A stretch of 63,504 bases of DNA, counting the filler, from Reticulomyxa filosa (taxonomy: Eukaryota > Protista > Foraminifera), in NCBI GenBank assembly GCA_000512085.1. It is 12 parts of 12 records of this genome, joined end to end, with 100 filler letters (N's around TTAATTAATTAA, not from the genome) between each part and the next. Parts side by side here need not be neighbours in the genome. Positions count along the whole stretch, not along the records: positions 58,607 to 62,088 come from ASPP01018463.1; positions 62,189 to 63,504 come from ASPP01042863.1; 10 more parts are not named here. One strand, written 5' to 3'. The position numbers were made by a program, and so were the translations under genes. The notes under the pieces are model-generated. The model made no database searches and was not told the DNA's origin. It saw only the letters and a list, made by a program, of their open reading frames with translations. This document shows positions 59,700 through 63,504 of the stretch, one piece after another (the first letter of the stretch is position 1; each line of letters opens with the position of its first letter).

Positions 59700-62600
59700 C
59701 AATTGCAAAAAAAATCCAAAAAACAAGTGACCAAAAAAACGACGGGAATTTCTATTTTTTTTTTTCATTTTTTCCGATTTTTTTTTTTTTTTCTTTTTTA
59801 TTGTTTGTTTGTTGTTAATTGACCTTTGTTTTTCTTTTTTTTTTTCTGTTGATTGGATCGACAAGTGAATTAAATGTTTTGGTTGTTTTTGATTTCTTTT
59901 GCTTGTTTCAAAATGTTGCGTGTATTTCCTCCTCCTTTTTTTTTTTACTTGTTTTTTGGATTGAGTGTTGGTGTTTTCTCTTTCTTTTTGTAGTGTCTTG
60001 TCAAGTTATTGATTTTGTTGTGACTGACTGCAAGCAACCAGTTTTCAATTGATACATCACTCGCTTCGAAGTTGAGCAAAAACAACAAAAGAAATTTTTA
60101 TCGTCCACTTAAAAGCCCAGTTGAAACGTATAAAATTGAATTTAAGTTTTATGTTTTTTTAGAGTAATTGTGTAAATATATGTTTCGATAACTTTTCTGC
60201 ACGTCAAAGGATTACATGGAAGTACATTGCAGCCATTACGTACATCATAGGGTTTTATCAACCATTTGTATAAACACAATCCTCCACATACATCTAAATC
60301 TTGAATTAAATAAAACGTCTTTATTTTGTCGATAAATTGCTTCAAATAAAGTTGATTTAAAGTTACGAAAACATTATTTGCAAAAAAAATTCCAAACATC
60401 AAGAACCATGTATGCAAAAGTTTAGAAATAATATTGTTTCCATTCACTAAATCAATATGTAAACAAAAAAAACACTTGCAAGAGTAACTGTTGTAATTTG
60501 GATGGAAGGCGTTGACGGCAAGACGTATTATTTGCTGTCTTTCCAAAAGTTCAAATTATGTGATATTTGATTCAGTGCACATTTGGACTGCTCAAAAACA
60601 ATAATCCTTCAATTTTTTATTCTTGATTTTTTATTAAATTAATCAAAAATTTGATTTTTTTCTCAATTACATTAAGTTACTTCAAATAGCTAGTTTTTTT
60701 AAAATCCCTTTGAAAAACTTTTGAAAAAAAAAGAAAAAACAATAAAAAATAGTAAATAAATATAATTGAAAATAAAATTAATCACTTTTATAATTTTTTT
60801 GTAATTTAACAAATGAATATTTTTTAAAGTAATTAAAGCGAAAATCGATATTTTCGATCTAGGGTTGGCCACCTTAGAGTAATGTTAGAAATAAAGTATT
60901 CTGGAAATTATTAAAGAATTTTCGAAATTATTTTTCGACGATTTAATTTTGATGAACTTGAGACAAGCTGGTGAAATATTGAAAGAAAAAAAAGAACATT
61001 GCATAACTACGAAAAATTGAAGAAAGAATCACACAAAAGTTTTGCAACGAGTATAAAATACGATAATCGTGATTTTTTATAAAATGAAACTCAAGAATAA
61101 TCGGAAAGTATATATTAAATAAAACGGAGAAAAAAAAAGATCGAAGTACTGCATATTAAATGTGTTCTTCGTAATGGCATTGGTATCGTCAAATGACAAC
61201 ATGATTGTGTTTTTCAACAATGGCGAAAAAATCATTTAGAATAAAGTCAGTTGCTTGAGCAACGAGCTTCAAATCTGATAAATAAAAAAGGTATATAATC
61301 AAATATTGTTTATTGCAGTATGAAACCCAAAACAGCGAAAATGGATTGCTTGCATAAACAAGCAATTGCTCACAATGTCGCATTTTTACACCAGCGCCAG
61401 CGAAGATTTTAACATATAGTTGTAACAAATGTCTAATTTGAAAGATGGATTTACACTGCCAAGAAACTAAAGATGTAATAATCTAGAAGTTTTACTTTAA
61501 GTCGTTTTTTCTTTTCTATTTTTTTTGTTTGTGCAAACGAAAACGTTTTTGTGTATATGTATATAAAAAAAAAGAATTTCTTTTATATTTGATATGTTGA
61601 AATTCTTGATCAAACGTTTTTACAGTTCTGCTTATATATTGGCTGAAATTAATTTTTTAGGAAGATAAGAAAAATTTGTATTTTTAATGTAATGTAGAAT
61701 ATAAATTTAAAAAAATTGTTTTATAGATATAATGTGATATTTCGCGTAGAGAAACCCGATATAATGTAATTTGATGTACTAAAAAACATTTGATAATGCC
61801 AAAGTCATTAATTTGACAATGTTTTATTTTTTCAAATATCCTTTTTGAATTAGATTTTGAATGTACTTTGTAATTCATAATCTCGATTACGAAGAAATCT
61901 TTGAAAGTTATTATTTTTTTCAAGAGTCAAACAATGACGAACTTGTGACAAGTGAGTGAATGCACGGAAATAAAGAAACAAGTAGCACACAATACACGAA
62001 AAATCAGAAAAGGAATTGCTAAAGAGTTTTTGCAATGCGCAGTTGCGACTAGTATAAATAGAACGCAAGAAAGTGTGAATATTTGCTTNNNNNNNNNNNN
62101 NNNNNNNNNNNNNNNNNNNNNNNNNNNNNNNNTTAATTAATTAANNNNNNNNNNNNNNNNNNNNNNNNNNNNNNNNNNNNNNNNNNNNAAGTATTGATAA
62201 ATTTGACAAAAGACTTGCTGTTGAGCTGTTGCATCAGTGATTTTTTTTAAAAAAATTATGTCTGAATGTTGTTTTTTCATGAAGAAAATCAATCATCTCT
62301 ATAAGGTGCCGTTTTAGGTGTCAACTTTACTTTGCATTCTACTGTATAATAAATACATCTTTGATAAATTAAACATTGATACCTTTAAATATCAAAGTAA
62401 AAATCTTATTGATATAAAATGCATTTAGTAAAAAATTTTTACTTGCTTATTCTGGTATATTATCATTTATTTTTTTCTTCAATATTTTTATCTTGACACT
62501 ATTCTTTATATTTTCGACATTCGAAATCTAAAGTTATGTTTTATGCACTTGTATAGTCATGTATGCATATATCACAATATGTAATTTTTGTATTCACCAA

Positions 62601-63047
62601 AATATTGATCATAACAACTAACAGTAAATGTTATTTTTATTTTCGTTTTTAATTAGTACTATTGTTAAATCATAACTAGTTTTTCTAGGTAAATTTAATG
62701 TGTTTTTGTCGTTTGAATTACTTTTGAGATTTTGATTTCTACCAACATAGTGAGTGATCTTGCAAACCACTGCTTTCACTCTTTTGCATGCTGCGTTTTT
62801 TTCAATATTCTCGGTATACAAGTTGAAGATTACGTGTTAACTACAAGTTTTTTTTAAAAAGGAAATTAACGTTCAGACTTTACTTTGTCAACGTAATACA
62901 GCATTAGCGTTGAAGAAAAATATACAAGCAAAATTAACTCACCTTAAATTGAGACAATTTAAATAAAAATCCATTATAATTTAAAAACTTGATCCTTTAG
63001 TAAGTCGAACTCGAATTTTAACATTATTATTTGAAAAGATAAATTAT

Positions 63048-63453
63048 ATGTCTTATTCCCACAAAACTAGTTCTTTGGAAATATTAGACAATATTTTGCA
63101 GATGTTGAGCGAGAAATCCTCTACAACTACAGATGAAGCAGTAAATTCTCAATCAGAAGACAAAAAAGAGGAAGTTGTAAAGAGCAATAGAGAAGTGGAC
63201 GACCATGGATACACTGGCAAATCACTGCGAAAGAAATGTGAGTGTGAGATGTGTCAAAAAGGTTTGGCGACCTCACACAACGACGATTCTCACGACCAAT
63301 CGTTATTGGGTCAATTTGTGCTTCAGCACCATTCCGACTTTAAGCTGCAGCTGATTGGCGGGTCCACTAAATGTGGGCGAGTCATGGCCAATTATTTTGC
63401 TTCAATTGCACAAAAGGAAAACATGTTTGAAGGCAAGAACATATTGGAAGTTG
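63048..63453 (+). CDS. Family-16 (METTL21/22-like) SAM-dependent protein methyltransferase, first exon
   Basis: ORF missed by the track because it has no stop before the window end. MSYSHK...FVLQHHSDFKLQLIGGSTKCGRVMANYF...MFEGKNILEVG|GT resembles the G..W....LA.Y.....F.GK.VLELG.G motif. Confidence 0.6.
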
Positions 63454-63504
63454 GTACGCATATACACATGAATATAAATATGTATACATATATATACATA
63501 TATA

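Noticed and set aside
60859-60877. Imperfect palindrome CTAGGGTTGGCCACCTTAG as a transposon end or footprint
   Set aside because: Single occurrence; no partner TIR, TSD or transposase in the window.

Overview
The window is not one locus. It is 12 unrelated contigs joined by an artificial 100-nt linker (44 N + TTAATTAATTAA + 44 N). Contig 1 (1-3410) is AT-rich, intron-free bacterial DNA: an intact glmS flanked by two decayed genes, probably from an alphaproteobacterial/Rickettsiales-like endosymbiont. The other 11 contigs are from an AT-rich protist with short GT-AG introns. A highly divergent Retaria-type alpha-tubulin plus Kelch/WD40/caspase-like gene families point to a foraminiferan, most likely Reticulomyxa filosa (inference, not searched). 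Recognisable genes: SPAG6/PF16, GlcNAc kinase, two atypical G-alpha subunits, alpha2-tubulin, RPN6, a MATE transporter, a sulfotransferase, a 3-beta-HSD-like SDR, elongin C, COMMD7, a RING E3, Kelch-WD40, a class II aldolase/adducin fragment, rotatin, Kelch-PB1-caspase, a Zn-binding + RelA/SpoT-like protein, a CAP-domain membrane protein, a CAMK kinase and a family-16 methyltransferase. The best candidates for an undescribed system are modular, immune-like proteins: one Kelch module fused to either WD40 or PB1-caspase, and an intron-containing gene reaching a RelA/SpoT-like motif where the contig breaks. Also notable are a G-alpha with all nucleotide-binding boxes degenerate and a RING ligase with a duplicated unrecognised domain. 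All gene models and family calls were made by eye; several 1-nt homopolymer frameshifts are probably sequencing errors.
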